From: the human T2T-CHM13v2.0 reference genome, Homo sapiens
Length of the DNA stretch: 64,000 nt
Reading direction: 5' to 3' (one strand)
NCBI RefSeq assembly: GCF_009914755.1
Contig: NC_060936.1
The position numbers and the translations under genes were made by a program. The notes beneath the pieces are model-generated. The model made no database searches, had not been told where the DNA came from, and saw only the letters and a program-made list of their open reading frames with translations. Position 1 is the first letter of the stretch. Every line of letters begins with the position of its first letter. Positions 31,920 to 44,470 of this stretch are shown in pieces.

Positions 31920-32821
31920 TGTTTCTAAGAACTTTGTTTTGTTGTCGTTGTTGTTGTTTCCAACTTTTCAGGTGGAGCTCTCTGGCTTACTAGCTTCTAG
32001 TGAGAGTTCTTCTTTCTCTGCAGGTCATAGGATCACATGGGATGCTGTGGATTCTCTCTTGTGTCTCATGGAATGAGCTGTGGCTATACAATCATATCAG
32101 ATGTAGTAGCTTGACCCAAGAGCTTGGACTGTGTGAGGACCGAGTTTCTTTGACTTCCTGGTTTGCTTTTCATGGTGTTGACCCCACTCCAGGGCCCTGC
32201 AGCTCTGAGCTCCCCATGTAGTGCAGTGACATTTGGGGGTTTTGGGCCTCCAGCCTCCTACCACGCTGTTCACAGGGAGAGGGGGACACCCCAGGGAGCC
32301 TCTGCACAAACCCAGAGTCTCTCTCTCTCCCTTAATGGCCGGCACTAGGTCACATGCCCAGTTATGACCAAATCAAGGTTCTCCACAAAGGGAGAGAAGA
32401 CTGTAGACACTGGAGAGGCGACCAACAAATGCCTAATAAGAAAAGAACTCTGAGGAGCTCAGCACTTGTCCTGTCCCCGTGCCTTTGAGCTTCAGAAGAG
32501 TCATTGTGTGATCTATTGATTGCTTTTGGGGAGGAGAATTACTCTGTTCCGAAGTGACTGGTCTCAGGCTGGACAAGCCCCGTCAGTATTCCAGACTTGG
32601 TTGAAAAAGTCACTTGCCCTCCTTGTTGACCTGTTTCCAATGAAGACAATATGAGCTCAAAATGGAGCACATGAGCTCTGACATTCCGTTGTCCTGGCAA
32701 CCTGTATAGTAAACATCGGCTTAATGCTGTTTGATGGGGGGAGGTGGGAATTAGGAACTGGGGGGTGTTGAATAAAGCTGAAGATTTGGTGCCCTCGCCT
32801 CAGCTCCAGACTCTACGGGAA

Positions 32822-32873
32822 ATGTTTGGTGCAGCATCCAGAATGGACACCACTGCTGTCTGCACCGGGGGAG
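32822..32873 (+). CDS. TMEM132B: TMEM132B short first coding exon (MFGAASRMDTTAVCTGG+G), proximal/alternative start
   Basis: ATG at 32822, 17 codons plus 1 nt, then donor GAG|GTCGGA at 32874. The phase-1 join to 55650 gives ...[13 protein letters not shown], matching the human TMEM132B N-terminus as I recall it. Confidence 0.8.
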
Positions 32874-34606
32874 GTCGGAAGGAAGGGAATGGCCTGGTGC
32901 AACCAGGACAGGGATGGGACCAGACCCAAGGGGAGGTTTTCCTATGTCCTATTCAGATTCTCCCTTTGCAGCAAACTTCTTGAAAGAGTTGCCTGTTCTC
33001 CGTGCACCCCTTCCTCTTGTCCTGCTCACTCATTGTGCTTCTTGCCACCTTGTTACTATTGAAACTGTCCACCGAGGCTGCCAAAGCTATTGCCACATGC
33101 AGGGGCCACTTCTCCAGGCTTGGCTTTTTTGCAGCTCAGAGGCACAGGGTCTCCCTGCCTTCTCTAACAACACAGGCACCTGCTTTCCCTTCTCTCTCTC
33201 TCCCTGGATGCCCCCTGAGCCTTCTCTGCAGGCTTGCCCCCTGCTAGACCTTTCCACCAAAACCTCTCTCCACCAAAGCCTCTCTCCACCAAGGCTCTCT
33301 TTCCCTCCTCTTTTTCCCACTCTGCATGTTTCTCTTTGGGCCACTTTTCCCAATGGCTTCTGTCACCACCTCTCTTCTGCTGACACCCAAATCTCCTTCT
33401 AGCTCACAGGTCTCTCCTGAGCTCCAGCATCAGCATCTAACTCATTTCTACATGGGGGCCCACAAATATCAAAAACTAAATACGTCCCAAGCAGAGCTCA
33501 GCACCTTCTCCCAAATACCCACCTCCCTTGTCCCAGTGACGGGTCCACCCTTGTGCCCAAGACTAAGCTCAAAATGCCTCTTTGTCTTTTCTTCCCTCTC
33601 TCAGCACCCTCTCCCCTCCCATCATAGCTAATTGATGTCCAAGTCCTACCAGAATCTCTTCATTTCCTCTCCATCCTGGTGGCCCTTTCTGCAGTAGAGG
33701 CTGCGGTGAGTTTGAGGATTTCAGGCCTGATCAGGAAGAGTGAGCTTTTTTACTTGGGCAGTATGTTGACAGGTTGCATGCGGGGGACGTCTCCCATAGC
33801 AGGAGACCTTCCAGAGACTGTGGCCATCACCTGGGCCACCAGCCAACCAGGAAGGAAGAAGGAACTCCTGGGGAAAAGGAGAGCTAGAGAGGGGGCTTAA
33901 GTGTCCAGGTCACACAGCAGGACCATTGGGTGCCTCTGGGCCAGGGGGCTCCAAGGGACAGCAGCTGCCTGGGGTCTTCTATAGTCCAAGGTTTTAAAAA
34001 AAAAATCTGTGGCTGGCAGATGCTGGGTGCAGTTTCTCAGGATATATAAAGCAGGCGGGCTCTACATAGCTAAGAGTCTGCTTCTTTGGGCTACATTTAA
34101 AACAATGGGTTGTGTAAAATTTTGATTTTGGCACCGGGGGTCTTGGAGAATGGATGGCCCTAGCCAACTCTGAAGAAGTAAACCTGGGGCCAGTCTACAA
34201 GGACCGTCTTTGGCCCGTTTGTAAAACAAAGTCACCCTGCCCTTGGGGCTGGGCCATCGCATTCATTTCCCTGTCTTGGCCTTTCCTGCTTTTAGTCCAT
34301 TCTCCGTAATAGCAGAGTGATGTCTTAACCGTGTTATATCAAGTGGTGCCATGAACCTGGGACCTCAGTCACTCAGGTGGCTTCCCATTACCCTGGGATA
34401 AAGTCCAAACACAATGCAGTGGCCTCCGCCAGCCCTGAAGGATGTGCCCTTTCCTCCCTTTCCAGCCCAGCACGGTGCCCTCACTCCTGCCCAGCCACCA
34501 CACCCTTGCAGCTGCAGCAGGGTTCTGTGTTCTGCCCATGCTGTTTCCTCTGCTGGGAGCCTTCTTCCCCAAATGGGACCTGGCTATTCCACGTGTCCTT
34601 CGGCTA

Positions 34607-34970
34607 CTGTGTTAGTCTCCTGGGGCATCCATCATACGTTTATTCTCTTTTGAAGGGCAGATGTCCAAAATCAAGGTGTTGGCAGAGCCACACTTGCTCT
34701 GAAGGCTCTAGGGGAGGGAGGATCCTTCCTGCCTCTTCAGCTTCTGGTGGCTCCAGGCATTCCTTGGCTTGTGGCCCCATCACTCCAGTCTCTCACTTCA
34801 TTTTCACATGACCTTCCCTGTCTCTGTTCTCTCTTCTGCTTCTAAGGTCACCAGTCATTGGATTTAAAGTCTGCCTTTGTCCAATATGACCTGCTTACAT
34901 CATCAAAGACCCTATTTCCAAGTAAGGTTCCAGGTGGATGTGTTTTGGGGGCACCATTCAATGAACTACA
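34607..34970 (-). mobile_element. MLT1 (B/C-like) LTR
   Basis: ccaaaatcaaggtgttggcagagccac...gaaggctctagggga...aaagaccctatttccaagtaagg. Confidence 0.75.
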
Positions 34971-35185
34971 GGTCCTGTTTTCTCTGGCTCCCTCAAGACC
35001 GCACTGGGGCCTCTCCTCGGTACATGTGCCCTCATGACTCTCGCTTTTCTTTACTGGAATGGCTTGTTCATTCTTCAGCTCCAAACTAGACTAAACTCTG
35101 TGAGGACAGGGCTGCTTTGCTCTATCCTCCCTGCAACTTCAGTGCCGGGCACAGGACTGGCTCTTAATGGATACTGAATGAACCC

Positions 35186-35550
35186 TGTTATGGACTGAAT
35201 GTTCGCATTCTCCCCCACCCCCAAATGTATTTGCTGAAGCCCTAATCTCCAATGTGATGGTATCAGGAGGTGGAGCCCTCGAGGGGTAATTAGATTTAGG
35301 TGAGGTTGCGAGGGTGGGGCCCTCATGAGTGCTTTTATAAGTAGAGAAAGAAGTACCAGCGCTTCCTCCCTCATGCGAGGATATGGCAAGAATGCATGTC
35401 CATAAGGAAGAAGGCATGCACCAGACATCAAATCTGCTGGCGCCTTGATCTTGGTCTTCCAGCCTCTAGACCTGTGAGAAATGAATATCTGTTGTTGAAG
35501 CCTCCCAGCCTATGATGGATTTGTTACAGCTGGCCAAGCTGACTTAGACA
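35186..35550 (+). mobile_element. MLT1A-type LTR
   Basis: TGTTATGGACTGAATGT start; tttgttacagc...gacttagaca end. Confidence 0.8.
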
Positions 35551-36532
35551 AATGAGTGTGCCTGATCCATCCCATTGAATGTGACAGAACCCCAGGAGGC
35601 AGATGGTATTCTTGTCTTGCTAAGTAGGGCTGAGTCACTCACCAGGCAGCCCAGCCAGGCAAGAGGCAGGCTGACTTTCTAGCCCAAGCCTCCTTCTCTA
35701 GAACCCAAGCTCCCTCCACCCTTGGGTCTGGGGTCCTATGAGGCACTGACTTGAGGAGGATGATAAGGTCTGAGTGGCTTTTGGCTGGAACGAGATGGGA
35801 CAATGGGTTGGTTACTTTCCTGGGACGATTCCCTAACGGATGTCTCAGAGCTGTCGTGGCTTTGTCCCCAAACCACTCATTGTCACTGACACAGGCTGTA
35901 TTCATCTCTCTTGAGACTGGCCTTTTAAAGTGTTCCCCCAGCCCCGGCCCCTTGACACTCAGGTGGCCAATGAAAGGAAACAACAGGAACAGCTTTCAGG
36001 CCAGGGACTAGAGAGATTTTCCCCATGGAGTGAATACCCCTGAACACAAAGGGAAGAAAAAGCCCTTTCATAAAACTACCCGATCTTCACTGGAAGGAAT
36101 GCGACAGATACAGGCAAAAATCAGTTCTCCACTTTGTGATTTCTCAGGGTGACGGAAGTGGACAAAGGGAAGGGGAGAGAGGGTTTCAATGCAGTAGCCC
36201 TGCTGGCAGCCTGTGGCCATTGTTCCGTGGCCGACGCTGTGGTCCGACGATCTGTGTCACGCTGGACTGATGGAAAACCCAGGTGTTGCTCTGGGTCACG
36301 GGATGCGTGTGGTGTGGGTGCGTCCCCGCTTCCAAATAGAATTTCATATTCTTCCGGAGCACAGAGAACCCACGGGGTGCTGGCTGCCACTTGTGGTCTC
36401 CTCTGTCCAGGCTGATGGTTTGGGGACAGTGACTCCCTTTCTCCCCTAAGCCTATCCTGGTTTGGGTTTGTGTGACTTGCAAACAAAGAATCTGGTCCCA
36501 TAGAGTAGTCGTGCTTTGTTTAAGGGGTTTCT

Positions 36533-37141
36533 TTTTTTTTTTTTTTTTTGCAGCCATGAAGATGATTTTATTTATCTATAGTTATGGTTGACATTTTTCA
36601 TGCATAAAAACTTCTATTGCTCAAGAAAAAAGTTAAGTACTTCCTATGGAAACAATAGACAAATGACAACAAGAAATTTACAAAGAAAGAAAAAAAATGG
36701 CCAGTAAACATTTAAAAAACTTAATCACTAATTGTCAAATTTAAATTTTTTAATCTATAAACTATCATTTTTTACTGTGAAATGGCAAAGATTTTTTAAA
36801 AAGTATATCCAATGCTGCCAAGAGGGCAGAGGCCTTTCTGTAAAACAGCAATATGTATCAAAAGCTTTAAAATGTGCAAATGTTTCTACCTAGTGTATTG
36901 CTTTGAAAAAAAATTCACAGGCAAATTAAAATTTCTTGGCTGGGCACAGTGGCTCATGCCTGCAATTCCAACACTTTGCCTAACCAAGCTGCACTTGGGG
37001 AGGCAGAGGTGGAAGGACTGCCTGAGGCCAGGAGTTTGGGACCAGCCTGGGCAACACAGTGGGACCTCATCTCCACAAAAAATAAAAATAAAAATTAGCA
37101 CATCCTGTGTTCCTAGCTACTCAGGAGGCTGAGGCAGGAGG
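36533..37141 (-). mobile_element. Orphan L1-mediated retro-insertion (poly(A), AATAAA, 16-bp TSD) carrying AT-rich/L1M sequence and a truncated AluJ (36938-37141)
   Basis: TSD tgtttaaggggtttct at 36517-36532 and 37142-37157; T18 at 36532-36549; tttatt at 36567-36572. Confidence 0.85.
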
Positions 37142-37199
37142 TGTTTAAGGGGTTTCTGTTGGAAAGCAGCAGTGGGCCTTGGTGAAAGTCCCCAGATTG

Positions 37200-37700
37200 C
37201 CCTAAACCGCCCAAATCGGGGTTTCGTCTCTGGAAGAGGGGAGGGATGCACCACCGGCTCCTCGTGCAGCGCTGGCGGCGGCGGCCACTGGGTGGCGGTG
37301 TTGCCCGCGAGGCCCGGGGTCTGCGGAGGAGGGAGCCGGACTGGGAGCGGGGCGGGGACAGCGCCGGGGAGGGCCTGGTCCGGGTGGGCTCAGTCCGGGC
37401 TCCCGGGTCGGTCCCCTCCTCCGCGTTGCTGCCCCAGGAGTCCGCTTCGTCCTCCGCTGACTCTGAGCGACACAGGACAAGCTCTGAATTGCATTCCAGG
37501 AAAAGGGGACTGAGGCTTTGTATTTTTCCTCCGCACCAAGATTCCCAAGGCTGCTGTTAAGGGTTTTTACCCAGGGTGGGGTCCACGGCGAAGCCCTGGG
37601 GTCTGTGTGAAGGGGAGGTGCTGTTTCTTTCCCGAGTTCTCCGTGGCTTTTAGTCCACGGGTTTCGAGGTCGCGCTATGGTTAAAAGCAGCACATGAGCC
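37200..37700. promoter_or_regulatory. Small intronic CpG-island-like element with GC box and candidate CTCF site
   Basis: Abrupt rise in GC and CpG density; GGGGCGGGG near 37349; CTCF-like CGGCCACTGGGTGGCGGTG at 37282-37300. Confidence 0.65.
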
Positions 37701-37949
37701 CTTTACTCCGGGTGAAATCTGGAACCAGCTCACATGTGGCTCACCAGGAAGAAGCTGAGTCTCTTCCCCAAGCTGAGGAAGAGGAGCAGGAGCTGTACAG
37801 ATGCCAGGACCCGGCAGAGCAGGGGTTAAGCCCACACTCTGGGGCCCACTCTTGGCTGCACCCCTTACTGGCTGTGTGACCTTAGGCAAGTTTTTTGACC
37901 TCTCTGTGCCTTCGTTTTTGAATCTATAAAATGGCTATATTATTACAAG

Positions 37950-38241
<292 letters not shown>

Positions 38242-38780
38242 AAATTTATTTAGGTAATAATTATATAATAGTATTAATATACCATATGAAAATAATACTC
38301 TAGCTCATAGGATTGTGTAAAGAATAAATGTCTAAAGAGCTAATACATGTTAATACATTTAAAACTTGTTAATCCATGTATCAGAACATGTTACTTAGTA
38401 TGTTTATACATGTTAATGTAGTTAGAACAGTGACTGGTACTCAGTAGATATCTGACAAATTCCTAGCAATGACTATTATTATTATTATTTTATGTATTGG
38501 ATGCTACTGATAAGCTTGTGATAACTGCCAGCCAATTATTCATCTCTTCTTCCTCTGAGATCTGGCAACTCTTGTAGCAGGCAAGTGAACAATACATATT
38601 TTACTTTCTTTTATTCTTCATCAATTTTTTTTTCCCACAGACTTCTGTCATCTTCTCTCAATTAAGCGCAGCTCCCCAGAAGCAGGCTGTGCCCTCCACC
38701 CACTGCATTTCTTCATAGCTCTGCACTTTCTGCGTCACGGGGACCCTTATGTCATCTGAGAAATTAATTCAGAGAGTTGG

Positions 38781-38781
<1 letters not shown>

Positions 38782-38817
<36 letters not shown>
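38782..38817. repeat. Poly(T) run, ~36 nt
   Basis: Directly visible. Confidence 0.9.
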
Positions 38818-38821
<4 letters not shown>

Positions 38822-39152
38822 CAGTAGAGTGCTTTGGTAGGTGAAAAGGGGTTTCCAAGCACTTGGAGATTCAACAGGATTGTAAAAGGGATGTTGAAGG
38901 CGTCTGAGGTCATGCTGTTTAAACACGCTAAAAACTCGTCTTACAGATTCACTAAAGTGGCTTCTCTTTGCAACAGCCACTAAGACTGGACAATATTAGT
39001 TTTTCCTTTCTTTAGTTACTTTGTGTGTTGGAAAATAATGAACTGCCTTAAAAAACAAAAAACCAAAAACAAGAAAGAGAACAAAAGATATTCTCTGAGC
39101 GATTTCGGATTGCCCAGACTAGCCAGGATGAATGATGTTTTGTTTTTTATAA

Positions 39153-39630
39153 TGTGCGTTAGTTTCCTGTGGGTGTTGTAATAAGTTACCACTAACTCGG
39201 TGGCTTAAAACAACAGACACTGATTTCTCACACATTCTGGAGGCGAAATCAAGGTGTTGCCCTGTTGTTTCCTCTGAAGACTGCGGGAGGCGCTGTCCCA
39301 GGCCGGTTTTCCAGCTTTTGGTGTTGCCAGTGATCTTTGGCGTTCCTTGGCTTGTAGACACATCCCCCCAACTCTTCCCGTCTTCATGTGGCCTTCTCCT
39401 ATGTCTTTGTGTGTCTCAAGTCTCCCTGTCCTTTCTCTTATAAGGACGTCTGTCATTGGTTTTAGGGTGGGTGTCATTGGACTTATGTCATCCAATGAGC
39501 TCATCTTGAAAACCTTAACTTAATTGCATTGGCAAAGGCTCTATTTCCAAGTAAGGTGACATTTACAGGTAACCATGGGTTAGAACCTGGAAATATCTTT
39601 TTGGGGGGACATTACTCAACCCACTACATA
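39153..39630 (-). mobile_element. MLT1 (C-like) LTR
   Basis: tgcgttagtttcctgtggg...ggtggcttaaaacaacaga...caacccactaca. Confidence 0.8.
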
Positions 39631-40140
39631 CGGCAAATAGAATTAATTACATTCATGAAGAATAAATGTCTAAGTCTGAAGCTGTTTCAACCTGCAATTC
39701 TGTCTCCCTCTCCCAACTCTGCCCTCCTCAGTGTTGGGCTCATTTTTAGAAAGTGGACTGGAGGGCAGGCAGGGGATATATGTGAGTGTGAGAGCTGGAA
39801 TGGGGCGACAGGGAATGGTGGGGACTGTGGTGAGCTTTAGGATGCAGGTGCTAGCTAAAGAGAGCAGCAGTGACCCTGCTGATCTAGCTGATTACTGCTG
39901 GGTAAGAATGCATGCACAGCCTAGTCAAAGCTTATTGTATCTTTAAAGAAAAGCCAGAAATCTGGATTTTTGTGTGATTAATTCAATTTTTAGAAAATCA
40001 CTGAGTAGGTAAAATAAAAATATGTCTGTGACCCAGATACTGTCCCTGGAGCCTGCTTTTTTAACCTCTGGCCTAAGTGTTGGGAGAAAGTTGGGGATTG
40101 TGGCATGGTTATATTTCTGCTGGGTTAACTCACATGTCCT

Positions 40141-41168
40141 CAGGGCTGGCTACATAATTTGCAGTGCTCAGGGAAAAATGAAAATTCAGCCCCTTCTTCC
40201 AAAATCAGGGAAAAAATGCCATGAAAAGTATGAAAATATAAAGCCCTTTTCCTTCCTTCTGGGGCCCCTCTTTCAACTTCTCATGGTGTTTTTACTTGCT
40301 ATTTAAGGCCATTCTGAAAAAGAAAAATTAAAATCTTAAATCATTAGTATGAATTTTACCATTTATCTTTTTATTATGTGATATCAGTTTTAAATGCAAA
40401 TATAAGAGCAATTAACACATATGCAGAATCGTCCGTTACTCAATCCATATTTCATAGCTCGTGCAAGCATGGGTATATCATTGCTACCAGGACAGTGGAA
40501 ACGCTGCCCAGAACTACCTCAGCACTTTCTCATCTCACCTCTTGATACTCCTTCTACCAGACCTCTCCCTTCGCCTCCTGGTGGGCGAGGAAGGGGAGAG
40601 GAGCTAGGGGTTTTCTGATCTTCGCTGTTCCTTCTGTGCCTTCCTTTTCAGCGGTTAAGTGGCTGGAAGGAATACAGGAAGTAACAGGAGTAATAAAGGA
40701 CCTGACAGGGTTCCTTGGTTTGTTGTGTTTTGTAGAATGTCTTTGCCTTTTTTCTGCCTTTGAAGCAAGTTCTGGTTTGAATGGGCAGCCTGGTTCCTCG
40801 GAGCTGTCAGTGCCCCTGTTTAGTTGTCATGGATGCAGCACGCTTACCTATACTCGCTTTGAGTCTTGCTGAGCTCCATGCACAATGGATTCACTGGGAC
40901 CATGATGCTTATGGGGCACTGTGAATGCTATATGCAAATAGTGCAGCAAGGAGCAAACAGCAGACAAGCATATTGCACACTTCTCCTCTGCTTCTGTGCC
41001 ATGCACGACCGTCTCATTAGACTTCACTTACAAAGCAAAAGTTCAAAGACACAACTCTTAAGAATTTCAGAGGTGAAGAGCATGGCAGCATAGCGTTAAG
41101 CAGAGCACAGTTCCTTCTGAGCGTGCGGCCCTGGAATGCACAGTTTGCGTGACATAAAGCCGGCCCTC
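40141..41168 (-). mobile_element. MER45B-like hAT-Tip100 element, near full length
   Basis: Termini cagggctggctacataatttgc and cataaagccggccct match the MER45A ends seen at 19938-20102; ~1.03 kb. Confidence 0.7.
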
Positions 41169-41499
41169 AGTCTACTTCTGTTTTGTCCCTGCCCGCTGAG
41201 ATCACTTCTGAAGACTTGGGATGCTTGAGTAAACAGATTAGCCGTTCAGCGAATGTTGGTTTATTTTAGGCCCTGGGTTCAGAATCTTCAACTTGTGTTT
41301 TGAACACAGTATGTCAAATTGCAAAGGTAACACGTTTCTGCAGGGTAATTGCTCAAATGTCTGGTTTCTGACCCCAGGCATGGTCCTGACTTTTCTTTTT
41401 CAACACCTACAGTATTGAGAGTAGTGCTGGCAGGAAGAAATCAGTACTGACTTGGTGTAAATTGTTTTATTTGAAAAATAGAGATTTTTTGTTGTTTCC

Positions 41500-42740
<1,241 letters not shown>

Positions 42741-44470
42741 AATGAAAGAATCATTTTCGATTTCAGTAATGAACAGATGAAGGAGAAACAAGTCTGAATC
42801 AGTGAGAAGTCCGCAGAGGCACCACCTGTGACATTCCTATACATGCAGTTGCACGATAACAAGTCACGCCACTGGGTTACCTCATGGTGTGTCCCTGATG
42901 CACCTGGCAGCAGGTGACACCCCATTTGACACAGAGGGAAATCGAATGGGAGGATGAAGTGACTTGCCTTGGTACATAAATCCAACTGATGGCAGACCCG
43001 GGGCTCCAGCCCAGGTGTCTGTCTGCCTTTTGTAAGCCTCAGCTGCTTCCCAATCACACAGTGGCAGAGCTGTCAAGATTACTCAGTGAATTTTCCTCTC
43101 TTATTTAAACAGTCTCCAAGGTGTCCAATTTAGAATAAATATAAATGGAAATTATAACAAGGTCATCAAAATTTCCTACTGTTTAACAGCTGGTGGTACC
43201 TATAGGAGGTCAAAATTACTGTCACTAAGCAATCTATATAATCCATTTAATAATGCTCCCCCTGCATCTGGCATGGCATGGAAATCTCTCATGTTGGCTG
43301 AACAGCTCTTCACTTTTGTTTCTCTGAGTGTCTTTATCTCCTCCTTGCTCACAAAAACACAGTTTACATAAGGAAGTGCTATGCCATTTGTTTCCACTTT
43401 TTAGTAGGGATGGGACCACTGCTGTCCAAATCGTAAGCCTATACCATGTTGGTTTATTTGGTTGTCACTAGCTGCTGTGACAAATAAACTCCTAGGCGTG
43501 GCTTAACACAATAAAAGATTGCTTCCTGCTCACATCTAGTGTGGGTGTTCACATTTGGCAGGCAGCTTTCCTCGCGTGGAGGTTCCAGGGCCGGGGCTCC
43601 TTCCAGGTGATGGCTTTGTCATGCCCTAGGGCTTCAGTGTTTCCTGCTTCTCACTGGTGGAAGGTAAAAGTTACCTGTTTTGGCTTTAATGTGATATGTG
43701 ACACTCCTGCTTCTCTTTCAAGAAGAAGTCTTGTGGCCATACGTGGATACAGGAGAGGCTGGGAAAGTCCCTGCCTGAGCAGCCATATGCAATACGGTCG
43801 ACGAGGAAGTTTTTGATTTTCCTCTCCTTGACAGGTGGCCATCTCACCCACAGGCCCAATAATGTCTTGTTATCTAGATTAAGGGTGTTCTCCCCTCATC
43901 CATATACTCAAATTTCCGGTATTCTGTTCTATGCTATTTTCCCCTGTTTGGCTAGGTTTGGGCTCCTGCACACAAAGGCTTCTCATCCTCAAAGTCATAC
44001 ATGCAGATGGCGAAATTAAAATGGTACAGAATAACTTTGAAAGAATGGCCATAGTCTTCCATTCCTCTATATCCTTGATCTCCTTCCCCAAAGTCCGCCA
44101 CTTCTAGCCATTTCTGGTTTTAGTTCTTCTGGTGATGACTTCTATAATTATTCATCTACCTTGACTTCTTGAGTTAATAAATGTAGACAGCAGCGCTCTC
44201 TCTATAAAAGATGAGGATTTAGCTAATGTACACACCTTCTTCCCTTTTTCACATTTTAATTGTTTTTACTTATTTGCATTAAAAATATCAACTTTATTCC
44301 ATTTATTCATTTATTCTTTCAACACACATTTATTTCCTACTTACTTTGGGCCAGGCACTCTGCCATGTACTTCTCTTTTCTTATTATTTAGGATTGTGTT
44401 TGGCTGCAAGTAACAGAAGCCCTGGCCACAGTGGCTTAGGCGAGTAGGATTTGATCTTATTTTTTCTTTG

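Larger units (their letters stand above)
30142..31998. repeat. Long inverted repeat IR1: arms 30142-30519 and 31579-31998
   Basis: Hand alignment of the 30241-30519 reverse complement with 31579-31855 gives ~93% identity, including two perfect 48-bp runs. Confidence 0.95.

Noticed and set aside
34043-34051. TATA-like tatataaag
   Set aside because: Isolated motif with no supporting exon or promoter context; expected by chance.
37172-37693. Overlapping 100-160 aa ORFs in the GC-rich island
   Set aside because: Stop-codon scarcity in GC-rich DNA; no recognisable domain or clear splice structure.
38782-38817. Long poly(T) as the tail of another retro-insertion
   Set aside because: I could not find a TSD, a poly(A) signal or an attached element.
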